From Thalia democratica (Eukaryota), in NCBI GenBank assembly GCA_965202585.1, contig OZ241834.1, positions 19,778,001 to 19,842,000 of the forward strand: a DNA stretch of 64,000 bases. The letters run 5' to 3'. The translations under genes were made by a program, and so were the position numbers. Positions 1-11,623 of this stretch are shown one piece after another. Under the pieces are notes generated by a model. It was not told the origin of the DNA, ran no database searches, and saw only the letters and a list, made by a program, of their open reading frames with translations. The stretch's first letter is position 1, and each line of letters begins with the position of its first letter.

Positions 1-2771
1 CTTTTCATAATCAATCTCAAAACTTTTTGTTACAACTGTAAAAGATCTTAAACGATAATTTACAATAAAAAAAGCTAATTAAACGTTCATAAATTTTTCA
101 ACAGTTTTTTTAAATTTAAAGTATCTTTTGTTACTTAAAACAAATTTTTAATTTTTTTGAAATTAACAAAAGTTTTCTGTAAAAACATTATTAAATTGAT
201 AACAAACAAATTTTTTGTTGGTTTCAAAAAAATGTTCGCTAAAAAGTATGAGCTAAAAAAGGAAGCTCCTATTAAGCAACTTGTTTAGTTATTTTATTAT
301 GCATAATTTTAGAGCTTTAAAAAAAAAAAAAATTAAATACATAAAACACTTGTAGAATTTAATTTTGTTATTTAATACACTCATTAATAAAATCTACTTT
401 TTGTATAATGTAAAGAAAATGTGTAAAAATAGCATTAGTTAAAGAAGGTAGCAAAAAATCAAATATTCTATATTTTATAACAAAATAAAAAGATATCATG
501 TTTGTTTTTAAAGCTTTTCTTCAAATGGCCTTAAATATTTAATGTTAAAAAATTGTTTTAAATAAAAAAACTTCGCGTACTGGACTAAATATTTTTTAAT
601 ACTTCGTTTTTGATATGCAAAACTAAAAATAACATAATAGATTTATTTAAGAGTTTCTTAGTATTGTCTCTATATATTTTGTATAATTTTAAGTTTTGTC
701 GTTTTAAATTTTACAATTCACCATAAACTTGCTTACAACAAACAAAGTTTGAAATAATTTTACCAAAACATTTATTTATACTTAACTAATTATTTAGTTA
801 TCAAAAATCACAAACTTAAATAAGTTTTTATAGTTTACAAAATCTTACACTCTTCACTTGATTTTAAGTGCTTATTAACGCTTAAATAATAATCGTTTTT
901 ATTTTGTTTGTAGTTTTTACAACTATTTGTTTTTTAAAAATTACGCGGGAAGATGAAGTACTTTTGCACACTTTTTATTTAGTAAATCACGCTTACAGGT
1001 TTTCTATTTTAGTATGAATAAAAAACATCACAAACAACTTATTTTGCTTTGTAAATATGGCGTTGGTTATTTAGATTAAACGAAACCACATAAAAAGTTA
1101 TTTTTATGACCTAAAAGTTTAAATAGTTTTCAACTTGTTTATTTAAAAAAAGTAAAAAAGTAAATTATTTGTAGTAATAAAATCTATTGAGTTTACAAAT
1201 TTTTTCATTTAGACATACAATAAACTAATTGTTTATTCTTGCTTTGTAGATACCTCATTTTTTATCTAAATAAAACAAAAACGTCTAGAAATTATTTATT
1301 TTAATCTTAATGTCCAACAAGATTTTTACGCGTTTGTTCAAGTAAATACGTTTCCAATAAATTTGGTTAAGCTTATAACATGGGTCGGCAAGCAGTTGGT
1401 TACTTGTGTTCCAGGATAAGGAATATTTTTTAATGGTCAAAACAAGCGCCTGAATGACTTCTGTGGCGAAATTCTTGTGGTAAATCATTTGTGTGGAAGT
1501 AGTTCCAATTTTAGGCTTCAGACACAGATTGGCTAATATCAACTTTATTGATAAAAAAGCTGCAAGTATTCTGAAAATAGTTTTTTTTTATTGCAGCGCA
1601 TTTTGTAGTAAATAGAACTGTATATAACAATACAGTGCATATGAGTTATAAAACAAGCTCTTTACTTTTATTACGTATTATCTTTGAAAGTATTTGATAT
1701 AGTTTAAACCAGTGTTTTCACAGTGTTCACCTAAGTAGTATGCATATAAATGTTATACTGCACAAAATAAAGTAAGTAAAGTGAAAAGTTTGTTTTCAAC
1801 TGGCGTTTGATTTGTCTTATTCTGTTAGAAAAAACTAACTATAACGAAAACAATCAGTTTACACATAGTTTATACATTAACTAATCAACACAGAAAATAA
1901 AGTAGGGCATTTAGATAAGAATATAATTTTTATAGTCTAGTGAGCACAGAACTTATTTTTCTGTAATTTTATGTGCACAGCTTTTTAATAAGTGGAAGAT
2001 CACTGGTCTAGGCTGTAACTAAAAAGAAAGAAAATTAAATATAAAAAAATTTCACAACACTCATTTAATATCTTTATTTTGTTCTTGTTTAGTTTTTTAG
2101 TTTAATATTTTTAATTTCCAATAATTAAGTAGTTAATATAAAAGTATAGCGTATAAAAAATTATTTTCATATATTTAAGGTTAATTCTACACTTTAAAAA
2201 ATAAAAGTAGTCATAAATTTGTTTTCAAATTACTAAAAAACTGTTTAAAAGACTACATTTATAACGTAATATTAAAAAATATTTTTAGACTTGATAATTT
2301 CTAAAAATCTATACCTATTCATCTATATCCTGAAGGGTTATGTCTTGTGCCTACCTGTGTTCCAGGATAAGGAATATTTTACAATGATCAAAACAAGCGC
2401 CTGAATGACTTCTGTGGCGCTGCTTTTTGTTGCATGAAAACAGCTTTGTTAAAAAACTTGTTGTTTTTGAAAGTTTGTTTGCAGTGGTTGAGGTTAAAAA
2501 AAAATTCACTTTCTTATTTTGATAGTTTTTTTTCATAACTAACAATGCTTTATTAAAAAAAGACAGCTTTTTCTCATTTAATAGATGGTTGATTTATGAA
2601 ATTTTGTTTATAGTATTGATTAATTTTATTTAAACTAGATACTAATAATTTTGTTTAAAAAAATTTTTTGTCTGCATTCTATAAGAAAAATTATCTGGAC
2701 CTTCCATATAAGCATTTGGTGTATTAAAAATTTTTCTCAAAAGAAAAAAAAAACTCTTCACTTATGGCCAG

Positions 2772-2922
2772 CATCAGACAATCCTCAATTAGAGTTCGAT
2801 TCCAATTGAGGCGCGGTAAAATTTAACTCATTTGAGAATCATCATACCGCAGTCATCATTTGATGATCTTACTGGTCTACTACTTGAGTAGACGCGGGTA
2901 AGGATCACCCATACTGAAGAGT
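2772..2922 (-). ncRNA. SNORD118: U8 (SNORD118)-type box C/D snoRNA, copy 1 (variant)
   Basis: The minus strand reads ACUCUUCAGUAUGGGUGAUCCUUACCCG, then the GUCUACU/AGUAGAC hairpin, box C AUGAUGA, the GCGGUA/UACCGC stem, the CCUCAAUUGGA/UCUAAUUGAGG stem, and GUCUGA (box D). Motif order matches vertebrate U8 as recalled (UCAG..GGG..AUCCUUACCUG...AUGAUGA...GCAAC loop...GUCUGA). Confidence 0.8.
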
Positions 2923-4701
2923 GGAATTATCTGTCAACTGTCTGTTAATATTTTATTGCATGCAAGTAATAATTTGCTTGTGACGTCATAGTACACTAGA
3001 ACGTTTTGCTTCGTTGCACACGCACACGAAAGAGAATTAAAGTACAGTAGGGTTTGATTTATATAAAAAGTAAATTTTTGTTGTGATTAAGATTAATATT
3101 TTAGTAAGATTAAACTATCTTTTTGGTATTTTACAAAATATTTTATAACGAATTCTTAGAGTTTTAACTTAAAAAAAATCATATTTCTAAGTTATTTTTT
3201 AAATTTATTTTAACAAAAATAAATATTATTATAGTTTATCTTTAGAAAACTAAGTATATATTTTAAGTATGTGTAACGAAATAATTAAGATTGTAAAATC
3301 AACAAATATTTTTTCATAGCCACTAGCAACTTAAAAAGTCTAATGACCAGACCAGCTAATTTAGTTCTATTTCGGTTCATTATTTTAAATCATAGTTTTG
3401 TAAAAGTTTGTTCAACAAATTTCCTTTTCTTTGACAATCGATTTTAAATAAAGTACATGAAACGTAGATGATGTTTTCAGATTTTAAAATAAGTAATATT
3501 TTAGCTTCGTTTTGTTTATATCGTTAAAAGTTTTATTTTTAAACTTGTTTGTACTTCGAGATAAGTCATATTTTTCTATGCTTAGTTTTAAGATAGTTAT
3601 TATGCTACTAGTATTCTATTTCTTTTTTTTCGTATATGTAAAAAAACTGTTCTCGATAATGTTAAAATCGCTTTATTAAGGCATTTTAGGATTTTTCATG
3701 TTATTTAGATGTACCAAAATCATTAAAACGCATTAACAGTATTTAAATTATAAAAAATTATCAAAAACTTTTTTTGCCGATCGTATAAAAAAAATAACCA
3801 GGAAACAATTTTGTTAGGTACTTTAAAAAAATAATTTATTGAAAAGTAAAACCCAAACAAGTGTTACAAAAAACAAGTTAAAACTTTTATTTATATCAGA
3901 AAATACTTCTAAATTATTTATACCTTTTAGTTTAATTACTGTGTAACGAACCATATTAGAAGATATAAGTTTATGATTCTGTTACCTTACTAGTTTTTAT
4001 TTACTAAAATTTATTACAAATTCCTTCATCTTTTACGTAAACTCATCACTTGCATAAAATAAATTTAGTAATTTTCAAGTAATGTGTGTTTTTACTCAAG
4101 TTCAACCATGCTCAACTAAAGTAAACACGTGAAAGTAGTAACAGCGTGACTAACAATGAATAATTAAGGTAAAACGTTGTTATAATTATTTTTTGTATCA
4201 CTTTAAATGTTTCATAAATTGTAGTATATAAGTCTCAAGTTATATAACTTTAAATATAACAAGTTAATTTAGTTAATGTAAAAGCTCGCGTTTTACTTAT
4301 ACATATACTATTGATAAAGACTAGTAGGGTATTTTTCTATTTAAAGTTTTTTTGTTTAAGTTTAGGGCTAATTTTTTATTAAATTGATATAGTTTATTCA
4401 ACGATAAAAAAGGCGCTTAGATATCTATTCCAAAGACCTAGTGCACAAAGAACCTTTCGGTTATCGAGTCGCACATCAAATATACCTTTTAATGCCTTGT
4501 CCAGGACAAAACGAAACGTTAAAGCGTTTTAGCTTAGTTATATCAAGCTTAGTTGTTTTGGCTTAGTTGTTTTAAGCTGTTACTTTTTGAATACTTTTCA
4601 GACAATAGCTAATAAGTTTAGAAAGGTTGTTTCAAAGCTAAAAAAAATACTTGTGCTATTTCACTAGTTTGAAGTTCTAGTTGATTATATTTCAATAGCT
4701 C

Positions 4702-5689
4702 CAAAGTGGGCTGAAAATAGGGCTCAAGTGGCCATTGATTATAAAATATAATATTTTGAAAAGAAAATCAAATTATGTGTTAAACACAGTTAAGAAGAAC
4801 TTTATTTCTTTGTTTCAAAATTGGTTTTGTTACATTTCTGCTTCAAGTATTTGATAAGTCATGTAAGTTTAAAGTCAACCAGGGTTTGCCTTTTGCAGTG
4901 TAGAAAACTACTGAAAATTCTTCATAGTTTTGTTGAAAAATTTGCTTGCAGAAAGTTACAAAAAAATAAATGAAATAATTATAAACATTTTTTTCCTTTT
5001 GTTTAAAATGGTTTGTTCTATATCAAAAAAAAAAAAAGTTATTTAAAAACTAAAAGTATTAGACTTTTTTTGATATTTAAAAATTATTTTTTTCTAAATA
5101 ATAAGTAAATAGGCATCAAAATATCGCTTGTATAAACCTAAAAATATAGTTGTATACTCCTCGATAGATTTTTTAAAAGTTTTGTCTATAGATTTCTTGT
5201 CGTGTTAGCTAAAAAATAGGAAAAAATATGCCAACGATGAGTTTTTTAAGATATTTAACGTTTAAAAATACCCTATATTACCCTAAAAACACCAATGAAA
5301 TTCCGGGTAATTGAGCAATTTTATAAATAAATAAAAAATACTTTTTTTATATTAAGTCAAAAAATTTATTTTTCAAATTAAACTAATCCAAAGAAAATAA
5401 ATCTAAAAAAAATATCTGCTGTACTTATTCATTTTAAGGTGTATTTTATCACTTACTGTAAGACTTATTCATTGACATAAATTTTAGGGTTATTCGGGTT
5501 ATTTTTTTTAACTTCAAAATAGCAAAAATTTAATACATTTAATTTGACGTACCTTTTTATATATTTGAGGATGATTAAACTGAACCCAACTTTTAAAAGA
5601 AGAAACCTATCTCTACACACTTAAATAAAACTCTTAGTTTAATTTTTTAGTCACTAAAATGTTCAATGTCCGTTTGCCAGCCCACTGTG
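4702..5689 (-). mobile_element. Non-autonomous Transib-like DNA element (988 bp)
   Basis: Termini CAAAGTGGGCTG...CAGCCCACTGTG. 5-bp flanks are AGCTC/TGCTC, and the paralogous site in the right duplication arm reads TGCTC. The end CACAGTGGGCWGGCAA is shared with 15283-16170. Confidence 0.6.
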
Positions 5690-6415
5690 TGCTCATCATT
5701 TAAGTGGTTTAAATACTTCAAAAAAAAGTATCTATACAAGTTTTCATTCAGATCTTGTATTATCAGCTTGAAGTTTAAAAGATAAGTATAAATTAAAATA
5801 CATTTTAAAAACCCACGGTCATAAAGTAGAAAGCAAATAAAAACAAGCCATGCAGTACAAAAGTAAACAAAAGTCTTCTTTCAGTATAGATAAGTCTACC
5901 AAAGTTGTATGTTATTGTTGTTTAAATGTTAACCTAAAAGTTTAAAACAATTTATAAAGTTATGCGTTAGTTTGTTATCACGAGTCAAAAAATATGATAC
6001 GAGAAATAAAAAAAAAAACAAAGTTATAAAAGTTAAGCATTATTACATCCAAACGCTAATTTATTTTGAAAAGGCTATTTTAACTTAAGTTTATTTAAAA
6101 ACTATCAATGTTTTCATGAGCGTTTAGTAAAACTGAGATTGTTTGCTTTTGGTTTTATTAAAATGGTTTCGTTTATAAGAACAACAAAGTATACTTAATT
6201 TAGTTTTAAAAGACTTGAACAGTTTATAAATAGTTCTTATAAACCAAAGCAGTTTTTTAATAAGTTAAATAAAAGTGTAAAAAAGATACTTAGTGCCTAA
6301 AATAAAAACTAATCCCAAATAAAAAAATATTTTCGCTTTTATCATTAAAATTTATAGAATAATATAGTTTGTGAGGGTACAAAAACCACAACAAGACGAG
6401 CGTCTTACTTGGATA

Positions 6416-8194
6416 ATGCAGGTGAACATTTCGAAACAAATGGAAATTTACGAACGTGCCCCAAACTTTTACAGTTGGGAAGAAATGAAGCCGCTCATCC
6501 CCAAGTTAAAACAGCAGGGGTTGGAGCAGTTCGTCCACAATTACACGAGAATGCGGGGTCGAGGGGACTACCCGTTTAAATGGGGCGATGAGATCGAACA
6601 GTTGATCGTCAGAGTGGACGATGAAGCCGAGACGGTCAAGTTGGTACTGAAGGCGACTGAAGTCCTCGAAAAGCTGAAAAAGTTCAACGAGACGCTGGAT
6701 GAGGAGGATCGGATCTGCTGGCAGATGGAATCGAGCGAGTTTCAGGCGGAGAGCACGCCGGGTCAACCTTTTGGAAGCTCGGTGGACGATCTGGCAAAAG
6801 TTGAGGCTAACATGAAGGCCAGAAGGGACCAAATAAACAGTTGTCTGGGCGAAAACGAAAAAATGGTGACCATGACCACATACCCGCTGATTGGCTGCGG
6901 GAACTTTACCGTACCTGCCTTGCAAGTTGGGCCAGAAGACGAAAACCCACTAACGAGATCGATATTTTTCCACGACGACGCCTGCAGCACTTCGCCGGCT
7001 TACAGAGCATGGCATTTTAATATGATGATAAGAAAAGGATCCAAGATCGTCGGCAACGTTCCGGTTTACAAGGACAAAAACATAAGGCTTCCGTTCAGAG
7101 AAAACTTTGGGCGGAAAGAAGACCGGGACGCTAGCAAGGAAGGTCACATCTATCTAGACAGCGTTTGGGTCGCCTACAGCAGCTGCTGCCTTCAAACCAC
7201 CGTTCAGCTGGCTGACTTGGACCAGTGCAAGAAAGTGTACGACCAGCTCGTGGCAATTTCGCCAATTTTGATGGCCATGAGCGCCTCCAGCCCCTTTTTT
7301 CGCGGCTTCGTCTCAGACGTGGACACCAGATGGACGATGATGGTGCAGTGCAACGACGATCGGACGCGAGAAGAAACGAAAACGGTGAAGAGCTCGCGTT
7401 GGGACTCGGCGGATATGTTCTTGCGCGAAGACCATCTCAAGCTCAACGACATTCCCGCTTCGTACGACCAAGAAGCGTTCGATTTTCTCATTTCGCGAGG
7501 TGTCGACGAGGCCGTGTCGAGGCACGTCGCCCATGTTTGGGTGCGAGACCCGTACATCGTGTCGAATGAAAACTCGGACGTTGAAGAGAGCTACTGCTAC
7601 TTCGAGCACATGAACAGTTCCGTCTATCGACCGGTGAGGTTCAAGCCGCCACCCGGACCGAAGTCGCCGATCGGCTGGAGGTGCGAGTTCCGTGTCTTGG
7701 AAATTCAACCGAGCGATTTCGAAAACGCCGCTTTTACCACGTTCGTGGTACTGTTGGTCAGGGCTTTCGCGAAGTTTGACGTGGACATGACTACTCCACT
7801 GACTGGGCATCACTCGAACATGGACAAGGCGCAAAAGAGGGACGCCGTCAGGACGCAAAAGTTCAGCTTTCCCGGCAAACTGCAAGTTGGTGGTGGTGAG
7901 AAAGGAAATGTGGTGCTGATGTCTGCAGACAAAATTATAAACGGCGACGGAGGAGACTTCATCGGGCTGATCGGGCTCGTTAAAGAGTATTTGAAGAGTG
8001 AATCTCACATCGTTGAAACTTCAGAGAAGCTCAGCGCTTACATGAGCCACTTGAGCGGCATAGCTTCAGGCGAGACGCTCACGATGGCGCAGAAAATGAG
8101 GCGGTTCGTTGAAGATCACGAAGATTACAAAGGAGACAGCGTGTTGAATCACAAGATCAACTACGACATGATGAAAGCTTTGTGGGACGTTTGA
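6416..8194 (+). CDS. GCLC: Glutamate-cysteine ligase catalytic subunit family protein (eukaryotic GCS type), intronless, with a divergent substrate pocket
   Basis: Motifs YSWEE, KWGDEIE, ESTPGQPFG, NVPVYKD, HIYLD..CCLQ, SDVDTRW, RFKPPP, IGWRCEFR, DFENAAF align with animal and yeast GCLC. The start is ATG 6416 or 6440; the ORF-track GTG at 6371 is unlikely. Stop TGA. Confidence 0.9.
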   Translation: MQVNISKQMEIYERAPNFYSWEEMKPLIPKLKQQGLEQFVHNYTRMRGRGDYPFKWGDEIEQLIVRVDDEAETVKLVLKATEVLEKLKKFNETLDEEDRICWQMESSEFQAESTPGQPFGSSVDDLAKVEANMKARRDQINSCLGENEKMVTMTTYPLIGCGNFTVPALQVGPEDENPLTRSIFFHDDACSTSPAYRAWHFNMMIRKGSKIVGNVPVYKDKNIRLPFRENFGRKEDRDASKEGHIYLDSVWVAYSSCCLQTTVQLADLDQCKKVYDQLVAISPILMAMSASSPFFRGFVSDVDTRWTMMVQCNDDRTREETKTVKSSRWDSADMFLREDHLKLNDIPASYDQEAFDFLISRGVDEAVSRHVAHVWVRDPYIVSNENSDVEESYCYFEHMNSSVYRPVRFKPPPGPKSPIGWRCEFRVLEIQPSDFENAAFTTFVVLLVRAFAKFDVDMTTPLTGHHSNMDKAQKRDAVRTQKFSFPGKLQVGGGEKGNVVLMSADKIINGDGGDFIGLIGLVKEYLKSESHIVETSEKLSAYMSHLSGIASGETLTMAQKMRRFVEDHEDYKGDSVLNHKINYDMMKALWDV

Positions 8195-9727
8195 TAGTAT
8201 TGATTTGTATAAAGTGATCTTAAAATATGCAATACAATCGGTTCTTTTTGGTCAATAAACTTTGCCTAGAGAGTAACTTTTGCTTGTACAAGTTAAATAA
8301 TTGTGTTGTCTTTTGTAAAAATACGTTTTATACATTCAACAAATTTTTTGATTAGACAAAGGTAAAAGTATCAAAAGACAGTTATTATCTTAATGGGTGT
8401 TATAAAGAATGCATAACAGTTGTTAAAATTTCTATAATTGATTAAAACTTACTTTAAAACTTACACATTTTGGTCATCAATTCATATAGTTATGTGCGGA
8501 GAAAAAATCCATATTAGTACTTAAATTTATTTTTTATTTAAACTTCAAGATATAAGTTGTAAACTAGATTTAACAGTAATTTAACGTGAATTATTTACTT
8601 TTAGCATATATTATTTTAAAGTAGATGGTAGCATATCAATTGAAATTTAGAAAGTTTATATAAGATATTTAACTATAGTTTATATGATTTTATTTACATA
8701 ATCGAATATATGAATTTTAAATTGATAATTAACTTTTGTGTAGTTTCAAAGATTTTTAAGTATAAAAAGGAAAATTAAAACTTATACTTAGACTATAAAG
8801 CAAATGTTTGTACTTAATTAAAGTTGTCTTTTTATATGTTTTAGGTACTATAAATTTCATATAAAATAAGCTAAAATTGAAATGGTTTTTAGTCTAGCTA
8901 AGTTAACACTTTTCAATAATTTTTTAATCTTTGTTTATATACTCAAAAACACTTCAAAATAAGCTAATATAATTTTGGTAAATTTGAATTTTTTTAAATA
9001 GCTTCACATAAACGATTCAATGTGATTCTAAGTTTATTTCAAAACCAGATTTTTGCAGAGGTATTACTACAATTACTCTTCGGTCAAGATAAACTGTTTA
9101 TAATAAAAAAGCTTAAAATAACTGAATGGTTTATTAATCTTTGTTCATAAACTGTGTTTCGTTTTGTTTAAAAACTTAAAAGACAATTAGAACCATATGA
9201 ATAACTTTCTTCATAGTTTTTAAAGTCGCAAAACAGTAAAAAGTAGGGTTTAAATTAGGAATTTATTCTGTTAATATCTGTATTAGTAGAAATATTTTTT
9301 TTAAATACTTTTAACACGGCTTTTATAAGTTATTTTCACAATTTTTTTCTTTTTTAAGGTATCAAAGTCGTTACAAGTTTCAGATATTTACACATTAATA
9401 AATTATTAAAGATCATTTCGTTAATCGCCTAATATTAAAAAAATATATATATTTACAAAGATTAAATTTAGTAAAACCGATTATATAAATCCAAAACAAA
9501 AGTAACTATACTACTAAAAAAAAACAAGTGTTACAGGAAATCGTTTGAAATTTTAAGTTTGTATTGAAAAATATTTTCGAATAATATATTTATTCAGCTA
9601 ATTTTAACTATCAGTTTAGTTGTTTTATAATAAACTAAACTCGATAATATAAGTCTAACTGTTAATAAAAAAAAAGGTTTAATTGTTTGCTAACAAAAGA
9701 TCCTAGTGAAGAAACTTCACTGGAAAA

Positions 9728-11623
9728 TAAATAAAAACAAATTGTACAGTAATCTTCCTTTATTGTACCAACATATGTTTCTGTGTGTTAACAAATCAAC
9801 ACACTTCAACTGGGTTCTGTAAAAATATAATTACTGTAATGAAATAAAAGAAGCATAGAGTAAAGTAGGTGTATACATGTTTTCATTAAAATATTTTTTT
9901 TTTACATATAATAGTTAGTAATAGGTAAAATACTTAATATTAAATCCGACTGTTATAAAACTATATAATATTTGTGATTATTAAGTCTAAAATAAGTAAA
10001 GTAAACTAAAATACACAACAAAACAACAAATAATAATATAAATAAACAACTCACGATAATGGAAAGAAAAACTTATTCAAACTTTACTGTTGTTAATAAA
10101 TGAACAAAATACATTCATTACATCTAATAATTACGTCACAATATAAATGAGGTTATTTCAACTATTTAATTAGTATTGCAAAGTATGTTAATTTAGGTTT
10201 TATGTTTGTAATCTATTTTGAACAAAATAAAACAAATATGTTAGTTCAAATGTAAAAACCAAAATTGAAAAATTAAAATTTAAGAAAACAAAACACAAAA
10301 AAAAAAAACTTGTTATTGAGCTTACAAAGTACTGAACGATAATTAAGTTACAGGGACATACATAAAATCACAATGACTTAAATTACATATATATTGTATT
10401 TAATAACTATTAAAATAATTGATTGATAAAGTAGCAGTCGGTAGTGTGTACACAACCGACGGTTCTTCTTCAAATAACACCTTGGCGCTTTCTCACCCTC
10501 CATATTTTTCATCCACCTTTCACATACACACACACATTCATTTAACATATATTAATAAAATTATATATCTCAAGTAATATATAGTTTTAATCAATTATTA
10601 TTTATATATCTATTTCGCATAAGTCACTTTCTATTACCGACATTTCAATATTCATTTTACCCTCGGACTATAATTCTTCACACCTTTATGTGTTAAGTTC
10701 CAAGTTTAATTTGAAGCCTGTATTCAAATCACAGATAAACCGTGCTTTTTTACCTACTACGCCCAAGAGAGCTAGTAGGTTTTTTACTGCAGGTTTATAC
10801 TTAGCATATGACCACCTCGTTGTTTTACATTTTAACTTTCATATATAATACAGTTTACTTACTTAATATTTAAAATATATGTATGGGATATTTAATTTAA
10901 ACACCCAACTGCTACTTTATCAATCAACTATTGTAATAGTTATTAAATACAATATATATATATGTAATTTAAGTCATTGTGATTTTATGTGTGTCCCTGT
11001 AACTTAATTATCGTTCAGTACTTTGTAAGCTCAATAACAAGTTTTTTTTTTTTTGTGTTTTGTTTTCTTACATTTTAATTTTTCAATTTTGATTTTTACA
11101 TTTGAACTAACATATTTGTTTTATTTTGTTCAAAATAGATTACAAACATAAAAACTAAATTAACATACTTTGTAATACTAATTAAATAGTTGAAATAACC
11201 TCATTTATATTGTGATGTAATTATTAGATGAAATGAATGTATTTTGTTCATTTATTAACAACAGTAAAATTTGAATCAATTTTTCTTTACATTAACATGA
11301 GTTGTTTGTTTATATTATTATTTGTTGTTTTGTTGTGTATTTTAGTTTACTTTACTTATTTTAGACTTAATAATCACAAACATTATATAGTTTTATAACA
11401 GTCGGATTTAATATTAAGTATTTTACCTATTATTAACTATTATCTGTAGAAAATATTTTATTTTAATGAAAACATGTTAACACCTACTTTACTCTATGCT
11501 TCTATTATTTCATTACATTAATTATTTTTTACAGAACCCAGTTGAAGTGTGTTGATTCGTTAACAAACAGAAACATATGTTGGTACAATAAAGGAAGATT
11601 ACTGTACAATCTGTTTTTATTTA
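9728..11623. repeat. Long inverted repeat: about 715-bp arms (9728-10441 and 10907-11623) around a 465-bp spacer
   Basis: The arms are reverse complements at roughly 95% identity by eye, e.g. TTGTACAGTAATCTTCCTTTATTGTACCAACATATG at 9742 and its reverse complement ending near 11610. Confidence 0.92.

Larger units (their letters stand above)
1490..9400 (+). repeat. Left arm of a large inverted segmental duplication (partner about 21480-27500)
   Basis: Reverse-complement matches seen by eye: 1490-1560 vs 27430-27490, 2200-2420 vs 26565-26790, 2755-3070 vs 25920-26240, 4400-5065 vs 23830-24560, 7209-8330 vs 22690-23818, 9110-9200 vs 21680-21770. Ends are approximate. Confidence 0.9.

Noticed and set aside
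1285-2545. Short AT-rich ORFs (also 13856, 22008, 27301, 32175, 33927, 39002, 41177, 63468 as stand-alone genes)
   Set aside because: They are chance frames in repeats or introns, or extensions of real exons into introns.
6506-8008. Antisense and alternate-frame ORFs over GCL (also 23019-23802, 16302-17893 over PARP, 44641-44949, 49790-50911, 52777-53104)
   Set aside because: These are shadows of GC-rich codon usage with no recognisable motifs.
6416-8194. Bacterial horizontal origin of the intronless GCL
   Set aside because: The motifs are of the animal/fungal GCS family, not GshA, YbdK or plant type. A non-bacterial transfer cannot be excluded without a tree.
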